Under the pieces are notes generated by a model. It saw nothing but the letters and a program-made list of their open reading frames with translations, searched no databases and was not told where the DNA came from. A program made the translations under genes and the position numbers. Below are positions 1 to 10,147 of a stretch of 64,000 nt of DNA, piece by piece (the stretch's first letter is position 1; the number at the start of each line of letters is the position of its first letter). The stretch spans positions 867 to 64,866 of the forward strand of contig JAUWQL010000004.1 of NCBI GenBank assembly GCA_030611105.1, written 5' to 3'. The DNA is from Bacteroidales bacterium (GTDB lineage Bacteria; Bacteroidota; Bacteroidia; Bacteroidales; UBA12077).

Positions 1-1
1 A

Positions 2-253
2 TTAAAATCTATCCGTTTAAACAATAATATGTCTCAAAAAGAATTGGGTGATATTATTGGAAAAAGACCGGATGAGATAAGCAGGATAGAAAATGGTAAA
101 CCTATTACATTAATTAGCCTGCTTAGAATTTTAAGAGCTTTAAATAAACTGGAAAATCTGGAGCAAGCCATTAAGCCACCTGGAATAAGCCCCGTAGAAA
201 TGCTTAAACTGGAAGAAAAAAAACGTAAACGGGCTTCTAAAAGGAAAAAATGA
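2..253 (+). CDS. hipB: HipB-like XRE HTH antitoxin (5' end probably outside the window)
   Basis: Frame is open from position 2 (LKSIRLNNNMSQKELGDIIG...ISRIENG); XRE HTH pattern; ATGA overlap with hipA. Confidence 0.8.
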   Translation, partial: LKSIRLNNNMSQKELGDIIGKRPDEISRIENGKPITLISLLRILRALNKLENLEQAIKPPGISPVEMLKLEEKKRKRASKRKK

Positions 254-1536
254 TAGCAAAAGTTAAAATATGGAATAACCTGGTTGGAATAGTCTATTGG
301 GATAAGAATAGAAATATAGGAGTTTTTGAATATGATAGTTCGTTTGTTGATAAAGAGCTTGAAGTATCCCCCTTTCTTATGCCTGTGAAAGAAGGCGTTA
401 TATATGATTTTCCTGCTCTTAACTTCGAAACCTTTAAAGGTTTGCCTCCTATGATAGCTGATTCTTTGCCCGACGATTTCGGAAACCATATTATGAACAC
501 ATGGCTCTCACAGCAAGGTAAAACAATTGATGATTTATTGCCCACAGAGCGGTTAGGGTATGTTGGGAAACGGGGTATGGGAGCTTTAGAATATGAGCCG
601 ATTTTGGATAAATCTGAGGAATATACCAGTGATATTAACCTGGAAGAATTGGTTAATATTGCCAATAAAGTTCTTGCATCTAAAAATAGTGCTGAATTCC
701 ACTCCCTTGACTCGGAAGCTTTATCCAAAATATTAAGAATAGGAACTTCGGCAGGCGGGGCAAGGGCAAAAGTTATATTAGCTTTCGATGAAAAAAACAA
801 AATTTATAAACCGGGCGATATTATCCATGATGAAAACCATAGTTATTGGTTATTAAAATTAGACGGGGTTTCTGATAAGCAATTAGGCGATCCAAAAGGA
901 TATGGAAAAATTGAATATGCATATTATAATATGGCCAAAAAATGTGGTATTGAAATGTCATTTTCTAAATTACTTCATGAACATAACAGGGCGCATTTTA
1001 TTACAAAAAGATTTGACCGTACAGATGAGGGAGGGAAAGTCCATTTACAAACTTTATCCGGGTTAACAGGAATGGATTATAAACAAGCTAATATGTACTC
1101 GTACGAACAAGTGTTTACTGTCCTTCGACAGTTACGTTTGCCCTATAAAAGCATTGAGCAACAATTCAGGCGCATGGTTTTTAATATTGTTGCCCGTAAC
1201 CAGGACGACCATGTGAAAAACATCTCCTTTTTAATGGATAAAACCGGAACATGGTCACTATCTCCCGCCTATGATCTTACATATAGCCATAATCCGGGTG
1301 GAACATGGACTAATAAACACCAATTATCTGTAAGCGGGAAAAGAGATGAATTTACTATTGATGATCTTCTTAAAGTTGGGAAAGAAAACAATATTAGAAA
1401 CCGGAAATCTATTATATCAAATATTGTTGAAGTAGTAAGCAATTGGAAACAATTTGCCCAAAATGCCGAAATTAAACAAGCCAGAATAAAAGATATTGAA
1501 TCAAATCATAGAATAATTACAAACAAAAACCAATAA
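250..1536 (+). CDS. hipA: HipA family Ser/Thr kinase toxin
   Basis: N-terminal DSLPDDFG; P-loop GTSAGGARAK; RNQDDHVKN; LSPAYDL. Confidence 0.92.
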   Translation: MIAKVKIWNNLVGIVYWDKNRNIGVFEYDSSFVDKELEVSPFLMPVKEGVIYDFPALNFETFKGLPPMIADSLPDDFGNHIMNTWLSQQGKTIDDLLPTERLGYVGKRGMGALEYEPILDKSEEYTSDINLEELVNIANKVLASKNSAEFHSLDSEALSKILRIGTSAGGARAKVILAFDEKNKIYKPGDIIHDENHSYWLLKLDGVSDKQLGDPKGYGKIEYAYYNMAKKCGIEMSFSKLLHEHNRAHFITKRFDRTDEGGKVHLQTLSGLTGMDYKQANMYSYEQVFTVLRQLRLPYKSIEQQFRRMVFNIVARNQDDHVKNISFLMDKTGTWSLSPAYDLTYSHNPGGTWTNKHQLSVSGKRDEFTIDDLLKVGKENNIRNRKSIISNIVEVVSNWKQFAQNAEIKQARIKDIESNHRIITNKNQ

Positions 1537-1557
1537 AGAAATGAGTTTAGTTTTTTT

Positions 1558-1581
1558 AACAGGCAGGTTAACCTGTCTGTT
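1558..1581. terminator. Palindromic hairpin between convergent hipA and birA
   Basis: aacaggcaggtt/aacctgtctgtt with a T-tract upstream. Confidence 0.5.
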
Positions 1582-1588
1582 TGTCATT

Positions 1589-2329
1589 CTAAATTACAAA
1601 TTCAATTTCTTTAAAATCAAACTCCTTTTTCTCCTGGTCTTCAGTTAAAATTTGCAGATGCCCAAACTCATTAATCCCGGTTATTTTGGCTTTAAATATT
1701 TTATTATTACTTGAGTAGTTATAAAATTCATTATACCTGTAAAGGCATTTTATATATTCTTTATTAATTTCTTCAAATTTTCCGGCTTTAAGTTTATCAT
1801 AAAAGAAACGGATATTACTCCTTATTTTAACAATTTCCTGATCAATAGAATAAGTCTTTTTAGTAATTTGATTTAACGAAACAGGATTAGGAGCATCACT
1901 TAAAAATAGTGTCTGGTTAAGATTTAACCCAATGCCAATAATACTTTGATTTATATTCGATCCTTTAATAATATTTTCAATTAAGATTCCGGCAAGTTTT
2001 TTATTTTGGTAATATATATCATTTGGCCATTTAATTTTAATGTAATTTGTTTTTGCCCGCATATAATTAACAATACCTAATGATACTACTTTTGATAAAA
2101 GAAAGTTTTTTTCAACTGGTAAAAAATCAGGATATAATACAAGACTAAATAAAAGGTTCTTTCCTTTTTCACTTTCCCAGGTATTATTTTCCAGTCCTTT
2201 TCCCGAACTTTGAAATAAAGTAGAAATTATTGATCCTTCGGGATATTTTGATTTTTTTAAAAGATCAGAAAAATAATTATTGGTCGAATCTACCGTATTG
2301 AGTTTAATTATTTTTTGCCAGCTTTCCAT
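1589..2329 (-). CDS. birA: Biotin--[acetyl-CoA carboxylase] ligase
   Basis: VDSTN, IKWPNDI, KKLAGILIE, IGIGLNLNQ. Confidence 0.93.
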   Translation of the reverse strand: MESWQKIIKLNTVDSTNNYFSDLLKKSKYPEGSIISTLFQSSGKGLENNTWESEKGKNLLFSLVLYPDFLPVEKNFLLSKVVSLGIVNYMRAKTNYIKIKWPNDIYYQNKKLAGILIENIIKGSNINQSIIGIGLNLNQTLFLSDAPNPVSLNQITKKTYSIDQEIVKIRSNIRFFYDKLKAGKFEEINKEYIKCLYRYNEFYNYSSNNKIFKAKITGINEFGHLQILTEDQEKKEFDFKEIEFVI

Positions 2330-2563
2330 TTCTATTTTTTGGTAAAGTTATCTTGAAATATGACAAAAGTTAAAAAATCATGACAATTTCTTTAAAAATG
2401 GTTTAATAAATCCTAAAAAAATGACAATTTTACCGTCTAAACAAATCATTACTTATAACTGTTTAAAAGGAATGATTTTTGATTAGTGAAGACTTTCAGA
2501 CATAAAATTTGGAAACAATAATCGGAAGATAAACAGAGTTTTAAAAATAAATGGTAATTTTAT

Positions 2564-2571
2564 TACCTTTG
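2564..2571 (+). promoter_or_regulatory. Bacteroidota sigma70 -7 box upstream of rsfS-ftsH
   Basis: TACCTTTG fits TAnnTTTG, 16 nt before the ATG. Confidence 0.6.
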
Positions 2572-2587
2572 CCAAAAAATTGATTGA

Positions 2588-2986
2588 ATGGTTAAACAAA
2601 AAAATAAGCTTAAATTAAATACAAAAGAAATAGTTAGCGCAGCGATTGAAGGTATATTAAAGAAAAAGGGGAAGGATCCTATAAGTTTAAATTTAACAAA
2701 AATAGAAAATTCAGTTTGTAAATATTTTATAATTTGTCATGGTGATTCAAACACTCAGGTTGAAGCTTTGGCAGATTCAGTTATAGAAACAGTACGAGAA
2801 GAAACAGGCGAAAAAGTTTGGCATAAAGAAGGTCTGAACAATGCAACATGGGTATTGCTTGATTATAGCGATGTTGTAGTTCATATATTCCAAAAAGAAT
2901 ACAGAGACTTATATAACTTAGAAGAACTGTGGGCTGATGCAAAACTTACCCGGTATGATGACACCAAAAATAATGGAGAATTTTAA
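2588..2986 (+). CDS. rsfS: Ribosome silencing factor (Iojap)
   Basis: FIICHGDSNTQV, WVLLDYSDVVVHIF, YNLEELW. Confidence 0.95.
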   Translation: MVKQKNKLKLNTKEIVSAAIEGILKKKGKDPISLNLTKIENSVCKYFIICHGDSNTQVEALADSVIETVREETGEKVWHKEGLNNATWVLLDYSDVVVHIFQKEYRDLYNLEELWADAKLTRYDDTKNNGEF

Positions 2987-2988
2987 TA

Positions 2989-5097
2989 ATGGTTGATAAT
3001 AAACAAAATAGCAAAAAGCCAATTAATAGGCCAGGTTCAGATAAACCAAAACCAAAATTTAATGTTTACTGGATTTATGGATTAATAGCAGTAGTCTTTA
3101 TTGGATTACAACTTTTAAGTTTTACGCCAAAACCAACTGAAATTTCAATGCAGGAGTTTGAGCGTAATATGCTTAAAAACGGAGACGTTGCAAAAATTGT
3201 AGTTGTTAATAAAGAAAGAGCGAATATTTATATTAAAAAAGATCGATTAACCGATGCAAGGTATAAGGACTTACTTGAAAATAAGTTTGCTCGTACTTCT
3301 GAAGATGGACCACATTTTTTCTTCACCATTGGTTCAATGGAATATTTTGAGCGATGGATAAGCGAAGCTCAGGAGGATTATTTAAGAGGGGAGTATATAG
3401 AAATTAGTTATAAATCGCAACCTAATTATATGCGTGATATTATTGGATGGTTACTTCCAATATTTATTATTTTGGCTATATGGCTTTTTATTTTTAGAAG
3501 AATGTCGAAAGGTGGCGGTGGCCCCGGTGGAGGTAATATATTTAGTGTTGGCAAATCAAAAGCTCAGCTTTTTGATAAAGAAAGCGATATAAAAGTCGAC
3601 TTTAAGGATGTGGCTGGTTTAGAAGAGGCCAAAGTTGAAGTTCGCGAAATAGTTGATTTTTTAAAAACACCAAAAAAATACACAGATCTTGGAGCTAAGA
3701 TTCCAAAAGGAGTTCTTCTGGTTGGCCCTCCTGGAACAGGTAAAACATTAATGGCAAAAGCTGTTGCCGGCGAAGCTAATGTTCCTTTCTTTTCAATGTC
3801 GGGTTCCGATTTTGTTGAAATGTTTGTTGGAGTTGGGGCTTCGCGTGTTCGCGATTTATTTAAGCAAGCAAAAGAAAAAGCTCCATGTATCATTTTTATT
3901 GATGAGATTGATGCTATTGGTCGGGCTCGTGGAAGAAATCCAAATTTTGGTGCTAACGATGAACGTGAAAATACTTTAAACCAGTTATTGACCGAAATGG
4001 ATGGTTTTAGCAATAATGTTGGTGTAATAATTATGGCTGCTACAAATCGTGCTGATATTCTTGATAAAGCTTTAATGAGAGCAGGCCGTTTCGACCGTCA
4101 AATACATCTTGAGTTACCGGATATTAACGAACGAAGAGATATTTTCAAGGTACATTTAAAACCAATTAAAATGGAAAAAAACCTTGATATTGATTTTCTG
4201 GCAAAACAAACACCGGGATTTTCGGGTGCTGATATTGCTAATGTTTGTAACGAATCGGCATTAATAGCAGCCCGTAAGGAAAAGAAGACTGTTGAGCGCC
4301 AGGATTTTCTTGATGCAGTTGACAGGATAGTTGGTGGCATGGAGCGCAAAACCAAAATTATTACTAAAGAAGAAAAACGAACCATTGCATTTCACGAAGC
4401 AGGCCATGCCACTGTAAGTTGGCTGTTAGAGCATGCTCATCCTCTGGTAAAAGTAACTATTATTCCTCGCGGACGTTCATTGGGTGCTGCCTGGTATTTA
4501 CCCGAAGAAAGACAAATTACAACACGTGATCAGTTATTGGACGAAATGTGTGCTGCCCTTGGCGGAAGAGTTTCAGAAGAGTTGATGTTTGGGAAAATAT
4601 CGACAGGAGCAATGAATGATCTGGAAAAAATAACCAAGCAGGCTTATGCTATGATTGCGTATTTTGGAATGAGTGAAAAAGTGGGGCATGTGAGTTTTTA
4701 CGATTCTTCCGGTCAAACTGATATGACATTTACAAAGCCTTATAGCGAAAAAACTGCTGAACTTATTGATAAAGAAGTTAAGAATTTGATTGAAGAAGCT
4801 TATAAGCGTTCTTTTGAAATCTTAAAAAAACACAAAGATGGCTTAACTAAACTTGCAGAAATCCTTTTAGAAAAAGAAGTTATTTTCGCCGAAGACCTTG
4901 AAAAGATTTTTGGTAAACGTCCATGGAAAACTCAACATGAGAAGGAAGCCGAAGTAAGAAAGGAGCTTGAAGAGAAAAAGAAAAATAATAAATCTGCCCG
5001 CCAGTCTGCCTTGCCTCGCCGGCAGGCAGGCGACAAGGCAGGTCCGTCAGGAAGAAAAACAAAAGCTAAAAACCCTGTAAGCAAAAAGGGTAAGTAG
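2989..5097 (+). CDS. ftsH: ATP-dependent zinc metalloprotease FtsH
   Basis: Two TM segments, [20 protein letters not shown]; the C-terminal tail carries a 63-nt repeat insertion. Confidence 0.97.
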   Translation: MVDNKQNSKKPINRPGSDKPKPKFNVYWIYGLIAVVFIGLQLLSFTPKPTEISMQEFERNMLKNGDVAKIVVVNKERANIYIKKDRLTDARYKDLLENKFARTSEDGPHFFFTIGSMEYFERWISEAQEDYLRGEYIEISYKSQPNYMRDIIGWLLPIFIILAIWLFIFRRMSKGGGGPGGGNIFSVGKSKAQLFDKESDIKVDFKDVAGLEEAKVEVREIVDFLKTPKKYTDLGAKIPKGVLLVGPPGTGKTLMAKAVAGEANVPFFSMSGSDFVEMFVGVGASRVRDLFKQAKEKAPCIIFIDEIDAIGRARGRNPNFGANDERENTLNQLLTEMDGFSNNVGVIIMAATNRADILDKALMRAGRFDRQIHLELPDINERRDIFKVHLKPIKMEKNLDIDFLAKQTPGFSGADIANVCNESALIAARKEKKTVERQDFLDAVDRIVGGMERKTKIITKEEKRTIAFHEAGHATVSWLLEHAHPLVKVTIIPRGRSLGAAWYLPEERQITTRDQLLDEMCAALGGRVSEELMFGKISTGAMNDLEKITKQAYAMIAYFGMSEKVGHVSFYDSSGQTDMTFTKPYSEKTAELIDKEVKNLIEEAYKRSFEILKKHKDGLTKLAEILLEKEVIFAEDLEKIFGKRPWKTQHEKEAEVRKELEEKKKNNKSARQSALPRRQAGDKAGPSGRKTKAKNPVSKKGK
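4993..5055. repeat. Three nested 21-nt CCTR-hairpin elements in frame in ftsH
   Basis: Inner 5010-5030 cttg-cctcgcc-ggca-ggcagg; middle 5001-5009+5031-5042 (RC cctg-ccttgtc-ggca-gactgg); outer, decayed, 4993-5000+5043-5055. Confidence 0.75.
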
Positions 5098-5120
5098 AAT
5101 TTTGAATAAAATTTATAGAA

Positions 5121-5933
5121 TTGAGTAATTTAGTTCAACGCACCATAACCGGAATAATACTTTTAATAGTAGTAGTAGGTGCAATAACATTCGGGAAAAT
5201 AAGCTTTTTTATATTATTCGAATTAATAATAATTGGTGCACTGTATGAGTTTTATACATTAGCCGAAAAGAAAAAGTTTAATCCTTTAAAAGTTTACGGA
5301 ATAGTAATTGGCACAACAGTTTTTGCTGCCAATTATTTTTTTGTAAATGATTTGATAAGTGCTCAGGTATTCTTAGCAATAATTCCGATAGTAATAAGTG
5401 TTTTTATAATTGAACTCTATCGTAAGTCAGAATATGTTTTTTTAAATATTGGGTTTACTTTATTAGGTGTTTTGTATATCGCAATACCATTTTCTTTTGC
5501 AATTTACATTGTGTTTTCAGATGAAATAAATTACAATTCACATCTATTACTTGGCTTTTTCTTTTTAACATGGGCCTTTGATACTTTAGCTTATGTTTTT
5601 GGAGTGTCATTTGGTAAACATCGTTTGTTCGAAAGAATTTCTCCTAAAAAATCATGGGAAGGTTTTATTGGTGGAACATTGTCCAGTTTAGGTGTAGCTT
5701 ATGTAATATCAATTTTTTATACTGAATTGAGCTTTCTTCATTGGGCCGTATTATCAGTAATAATTTCAGTTTTTGGTACTTATGGCGATTTAGTCGAATC
5801 ATCTTTCAAAAGAAATATTGATGAAAAAGATTCCGGAAATATCTTACCGGGACATGGAGGTGTTTTAGATAGATTTGATGCCGTGTTGTTCACCTTGCCG
5901 CTATTTTATGTATATTTGCAGCTCATACAGTAA
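5121..5933 (+). CDS. cdsA: Phosphatidate cytidylyltransferase
   Basis: ISPKKSWEG, KDSGNILPGHGGVLDRFD; TTG start. Confidence 0.95.
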   Translation: MSNLVQRTITGIILLIVVVGAITFGKISFFILFELIIIGALYEFYTLAEKKKFNPLKVYGIVIGTTVFAANYFFVNDLISAQVFLAIIPIVISVFIIELYRKSEYVFLNIGFTLLGVLYIAIPFSFAIYIVFSDEINYNSHLLLGFFFLTWAFDTLAYVFGVSFGKHRLFERISPKKSWEGFIGGTLSSLGVAYVISIFYTELSFLHWAVLSVIISVFGTYGDLVESSFKRNIDEKDSGNILPGHGGVLDRFDAVLFTLPLFYVYLQLIQ

Positions 5934-5951
5934 CCCTTAATATTTTTTAAA

Positions 5952-6605
5952 ATGACTATACATAAAGAAGGACGGCCAATAGTTGCTCTGGTTTTTATTG
6001 TGTTAGTGGCTAGTAATCTACTAGTGTATTTTTTATCAAGTTATCTAATGTTAACATGGGCGATAGGTGTAGTATCCTTTTTATTTTTTTTATTTATTGT
6101 TCGTTTTTTCCGTAAGCCAAACAGACCATTAATTACAGATGACAATACTATTTATGCTCCTGCCGATGGTACTGTTATGGTGATAGAAGAAACCACTGAA
6201 GATGAGTATTTTAAAGATAAACGAATACAAGTATCAATATTTATGTCGGTTTGGAATATTCACATAAACTGGTTTCCTGTAGCAGGAATTATAAAATACT
6301 TCAAATATCACCCTGGCAAGTTTTTAGTTGCCCGCTTACCAAAATCTTCAGCAGAAAATGAGTGTACTACAGTTGTGTTAGAAGATAAAAACAAAAGACA
6401 AATTCTTGTAAGACAGATTGCCGGAATTCTTGCCCGACGAATTATTTCTTATGCCAAAGAAGGAATCGAAGTAAAACAAAATTCAGAATTAGGGTTTATC
6501 CGTTTCGGATCGCGTGTTGATGTTTTCTTACCGCTTGATGCAAAAATTAATGTTCAGTTAGGTCAAAAAACCAAAGGAACCCAAACAGTTGTTGCTACAT
6601 TTTAA
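5952..6605 (+). CDS. psd: Phosphatidylserine decarboxylase proenzyme
   Basis: APADG, IFMSVWNIH, GFIRFGSRVD cleavage motif. Confidence 0.93.
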   Translation: MTIHKEGRPIVALVFIVLVASNLLVYFLSSYLMLTWAIGVVSFLFFLFIVRFFRKPNRPLITDDNTIYAPADGTVMVIEETTEDEYFKDKRIQVSIFMSVWNIHINWFPVAGIIKYFKYHPGKFLVARLPKSSAENECTTVVLEDKNKRQILVRQIAGILARRIISYAKEGIEVKQNSELGFIRFGSRVDVFLPLDAKINVQLGQKTKGTQTVVATF

Positions 6606-7096
6606 TCAAAATAATTATCAATATTAATACGGTAGAGTTTTTCCTTATCGAAAATGAAAGTGTATTTTGTTCCTTCGCCTATCATTTGCAGGCTGTCTGA
6701 CTTAAATTTTAGATTATCTGAGAATCTACTTGTGAATTCATCTTTAGTTATTCCTACCCGAATACCATTCTTTAATACTATTTGTTTGTTTACAACTTTT
6801 CCGGCAAGTAAAAATTCTTGTCCCAGGTGAGTTTTATAAAAGAAAATTTCCGAATTTTTATAAGTAAACTGATAGATGGTATCTGTTTTTTCAGGATAGT
6901 GCTTGTTTTTTCGTAATAATTTTTGCGTATTAAATTTAGGTCTGGAAAGATTGGAGAAATTCTCTATGCTTTCTTTAAAACCAAAAGGATTTTCCAAAAA
7001 CTCTTTTTGACTTATAGATTTATATTCAATAGTTGACTTTTGAGAAGAGCATCCAAACAGGCTAATAATTAAAATAATTGTAAAATATTTTTTCAT
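6602..7096 (-). CDS. Hypothetical lipoprotein
   Basis: Lipobox LFGC after a hydrophobic signal. Confidence 0.7.
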   Translation of the reverse strand: MKKYFTIILIISLFGCSSQKSTIEYKSISQKEFLENPFGFKESIENFSNLSRPKFNTQKLLRKNKHYPEKTDTIYQFTYKNSEIFFYKTHLGQEFLLAGKVVNKQIVLKNGIRVGITKDEFTSRFSDNLKFKSDSLQMIGEGTKYTFIFDKEKLYRINIDNYFD

Positions 7097-7121
7097 ATTT
7101 AGCTAAAATACGAAGAAATAT

Positions 7122-8072
7122 CTATATAAAGAACAATGCAACACCGCCCACTGCTATAATTGATCCTATTACTTCTTTCAAAGTAATTTTTTCTTTAAAA
7201 AAGACAAGGGCCGGAGGTATAATTAGAACTGGAACAATAGCCATTATGGTTGATGCAACTCCTGTTGTAATGTGTTTTACCGAAAGCAACGAAAAAGATA
7301 CTCCAAGGAATGGTCCAAAAAAAGCACCTATGCTCAGTCGCGTCATTGCATCCCGATTCTTCATGGCTTCAATAACTTTTTTCCATCGTTTCATAAAAAC
7401 AAATATTATTGCAAAACCAACGAATCCGGTAATTACTCTAATTTGTGTTGCTGCAAAAGGATCAAAATCCTGCATTCCGTATTTACTCAAAACTAATCCC
7501 GCTCCTTGTCCGACAGCACCCCCAAAAGCAAGTAGAATACCTAAAACCGGATATGAAAGTTTAATTTTATTTCTCTTTCCACCTGCCCTGTCTGCCGAAT
7601 AGGCAGGATTCTTTTCTTCATTTTGAGTTTTAGATTTTCTATCCAGGACCACAATCATAATTCCCATAATGGTTAAAAACATTCCCAGTAAATTTTGAGG
7701 TGTTAGGGTTTCTCCCATTAAAAGCCATCCAAAAAAGGCTGTAATTGGAGGTGTAAGTGACATGATTAACATGGAAATGCGAGATCCAATTACAACGTAC
7801 GCTTCAAATAATAAAAGATCTCCAATTACAAATCCTACAAAACCGGATAGTGACAACCATATCCAATTATGAGCCGAAGCATCAAATGGTATAAATGAGC
7901 CACGGGTTACCTGACTGTAAATGCCAATAAAAATGAAAGCTATAAACAATCTTAAAAGGTTTGTCGATAATGATCCTACCTTTTTCCCTGCCGATTCAAA
8001 AGCTATGGCTGTTATTGTCCAGAATACGGCTGTTAGTAAAGCAGCGTACTCCCCTAAATGTGATTGAAACAT
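7122..8072 (-). CDS. DMT/EamA family transporter
   Basis: About 10 TM segments in two EamA repeats; the central loop contains a 21-nt element. Confidence 0.88.
   Translation of the reverse strand: MFQSHLGEYAALLTAVFWTITAIAFESAGKKVGSLSTNLLRLFIAFIFIGIYSQVTRGSFIPFDASAHNWIWLSLSGFVGFVIGDLLLFEAYVVIGSRISMLIMSLTPPITAFFGWLLMGETLTPQNLLGMFLTIMGIMIVVLDRKSKTQNEEKNPAYSADRAGGKRNKIKLSYPVLGILLAFGGAVGQGAGLVLSKYGMQDFDPFAATQIRVITGFVGFAIIFVFMKRWKKVIEAMKNRDAMTRLSIGAFFGPFLGVSFSLLSVKHITTGVASTIMAIVPVLIIPPALVFFKEKITLKEVIGSIIAVGGVALFFI
7587..7607 (-). repeat. 21-nt CCTR-hairpin element, codon-aligned in the DMT gene (PAYSADR)
   Basis: RC cct gcc tat tcg gca gac agg. Confidence 0.8.
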
Positions 8073-8199
8073 GATTTATTATTCTTTCCCCGATTTATAT
8101 TTCCAACAATATTTTATTATCGCTGAAAAAAACTTATTTTAGTTCAGATTTAAAATCTGATCAAAGCATTAGATATGAAATTTTAAGTAAAGTTTAATA

Positions 8200-9303
8200 A
8201 TGAACAGGAATTTACGCTATTTGTTTATTGCTATTGGAGTTGGCATTGCCGGCTTTATTTTATGGTATTTTAAATCAATAGTTGCATATATTCTTATTTC
8301 TTCGGTATTTACATTAATTGGACGACCAATAGTTTCATTTTTAAATAAATTACATTACAAAAAACTAAAAATTCCCAATGCTATTTCTGCATTATTAACA
8401 GTAGTTCTTTTTTGGACTTTAATCCTCGTATTTTTCAGGGTATTTATTCCTTTAATTGCGAATCAGGCAAGCGAACTTTCTGGTATTGATGCGGAGTCCG
8501 TTATGAGTAATTTGCAGGGGCCAATAGATAAAACAGAAGCTTTATTTGTTAAATACAATTTAAATTCAAACAATAATCAGTCGATGGATCAGTATTTAAC
8601 AGAGAAAGTTATGTCCGTTTTAAACGTTTCGGTTTTATCAAACTTTTTTGGTTCTATCGCTGGTATTTTGGGAAATATATTTATTGCAGCATTTGCTATT
8701 TCATTTATTACATTTTTCTTTTTAAAAGATAGAGGTTTGTTAAATGATGGAATATTATTATTTGTGCCTGATAAATATCTTGAAAAAGCAGAGCATATTT
8801 TAATGTCTGTGAAAAAGTTATTAACAAGGTATTTTATTGGAATAATTGTACAAATCAGCGGTATTATTACACTGGTATCCATTGGATTAACAATTGTCGG
8901 GATTGATTTCTCGGATGCTTTGGTAATTGGTCTTGTTGTTGGGCTTTTTAATATAATACCGTATTTAGGTCCGGTAATAGGCGCAATACTTGGATTAGTG
9001 CTGGGTTTAGCTACAAATATTGACTTAGCATTTTACTCAGAATTATTACCTTTATTAGGTTATATGAGCATCGTTTTTATTATTGTTCAGGTGATTGATA
9101 ATGTTGTTTTTCAGCCGTTTATATATTCGAGTAGTGTTAATGCTCATCCTTTAGAGATATTTTTAGTAATAATAATGGCCGGAAGTTTATTCGGAATAAC
9201 AGGTATGATACTTGCTATCCCAAGCTACACGATTTTAAGGGTTATAGCAAAGGAATTTTTCAATAATTTAAAGGTGGTTAAAAAATTAACCGAAAAATTT
9301 TAA
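8200..9303 (+). CDS. AI-2E (UPF0118) family transporter
   Basis: FNIIPYLGP, QVIDNVVFQP, HPLEIF, GMILAIP. Confidence 0.9.
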   Translation: MNRNLRYLFIAIGVGIAGFILWYFKSIVAYILISSVFTLIGRPIVSFLNKLHYKKLKIPNAISALLTVVLFWTLILVFFRVFIPLIANQASELSGIDAESVMSNLQGPIDKTEALFVKYNLNSNNNQSMDQYLTEKVMSVLNVSVLSNFFGSIAGILGNIFIAAFAISFITFFFLKDRGLLNDGILLFVPDKYLEKAEHILMSVKKLLTRYFIGIIVQISGIITLVSIGLTIVGIDFSDALVIGLVVGLFNIIPYLGPVIGAILGLVLGLATNIDLAFYSELLPLLGYMSIVFIIVQVIDNVVFQPFIYSSSVNAHPLEIFLVIIMAGSLFGITGMILAIPSYTILRVIAKEFFNNLKVVKKLTEKF

Positions 9304-9350
9304 GATAATAAAGTGGTATTTTATATATTTACGTGTCTAAATGTAAATTA

Positions 9351-9980
9351 ATGGGTAGAATTAAAGTTTTTATTTACTTCATATTTTTCTTAATTGCAAA
9401 TAGTGCATTTGCTCAGGTTGATACAATTACTTTCCGGTTTGTACCGGATGTAGCAACATATAGAATTAGATGTCAAGCTCAAAAAGTTAATGTAGTCTCA
9501 GGCGATACCACTTTCACAGACTTTCAAATTGCAGATACTGTTAATGGCGCATACACATTTGATTGGGGAGGAACAAAGAATCCAAATGTAGATGAAATAC
9601 CATTAGTAACTTATGAGTTTGATGGACCAGGAGTATATTCTTTTACTCTCTCTGTTTATGAGGACGCTTCAGGAAAAACTTTCATAGAAACTAAATCATT
9701 TGAGATTCGTGATTTAATTAGAGTCCCTAATGTTTTTACTCCTAATGGAGATGGTGAAAATGATCTTTTTGTGGTAAATTCAAACGGCATTGTTCCACTC
9801 GATATTTCAATTTATAGTCGTACAGGTACATTGGTTTATAGTGCAAGAGCTCCGATAATTATTTGGGATGGAAGAAATTCATCAGGATCAGAACTAAGCG
9901 AAGGAGTATATTTCTACATCTTAAAATCTGATGATCCTGCGGTCCTTGATCAAAACGGATTTCTGCATTTGTACAGATAA
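9351..9980 (+). CDS. Secreted protein with gliding-motility/T9SS type B C-terminal domain
   Basis: Signal peptide ending AFAQ; VPNVFTPNGDGEND...IYSRTG...WDG...GVYFY...GFLHLYR. Confidence 0.85.
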   Translation: MGRIKVFIYFIFFLIANSAFAQVDTITFRFVPDVATYRIRCQAQKVNVVSGDTTFTDFQIADTVNGAYTFDWGGTKNPNVDEIPLVTYEFDGPGVYSFTLSVYEDASGKTFIETKSFEIRDLIRVPNVFTPNGDGENDLFVVNSNGIVPLDISIYSRTGTLVYSARAPIIIWDGRNSSGSELSEGVYFYILKSDDPAVLDQNGFLHLYR

Positions 9981-10021
9981 TCACCCAAATTAATTTAATC
10001 ATTATACTATTTATACAGCAA

Positions 10022-10041
10022 TATGACAAATTGTTGTCATA
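10022..10041. promoter_or_regulatory. Perfect palindromic operator upstream of the cyd operon
   Basis: TATGACAA-attg-TTGTCATA; -7 box TATCTTTG at 10122-10129. Confidence 0.55.
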
Positions 10042-10147
10042 CATGCTTATACGACTATTTGTAGTTTAAAATGGCTTGATATTGGGAAATGCGTACCGTA
10101 TTACTTTTTTTAAATTTTCATTATCTTTGGTTAATAAATCTCATTTA

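Noticed and set aside
749-760. cggcaggcgggg in hipA
   Set aside because: Encodes the conserved SAGG P-loop and has no left arm
34-800. Minus-strand ORFs 34-489 and 294-800, and the many similar antisense ORFs in the track
   Set aside because: Shadow frames of well-supported genes with no recognisable motifs
1558-1581. CAGGCAGG/CCTGTCTG hairpin as a copy of the micro-element
   Set aside because: The arms are inside-out relative to the element and there is no GGCA loop; its position between convergent genes fits a terminator
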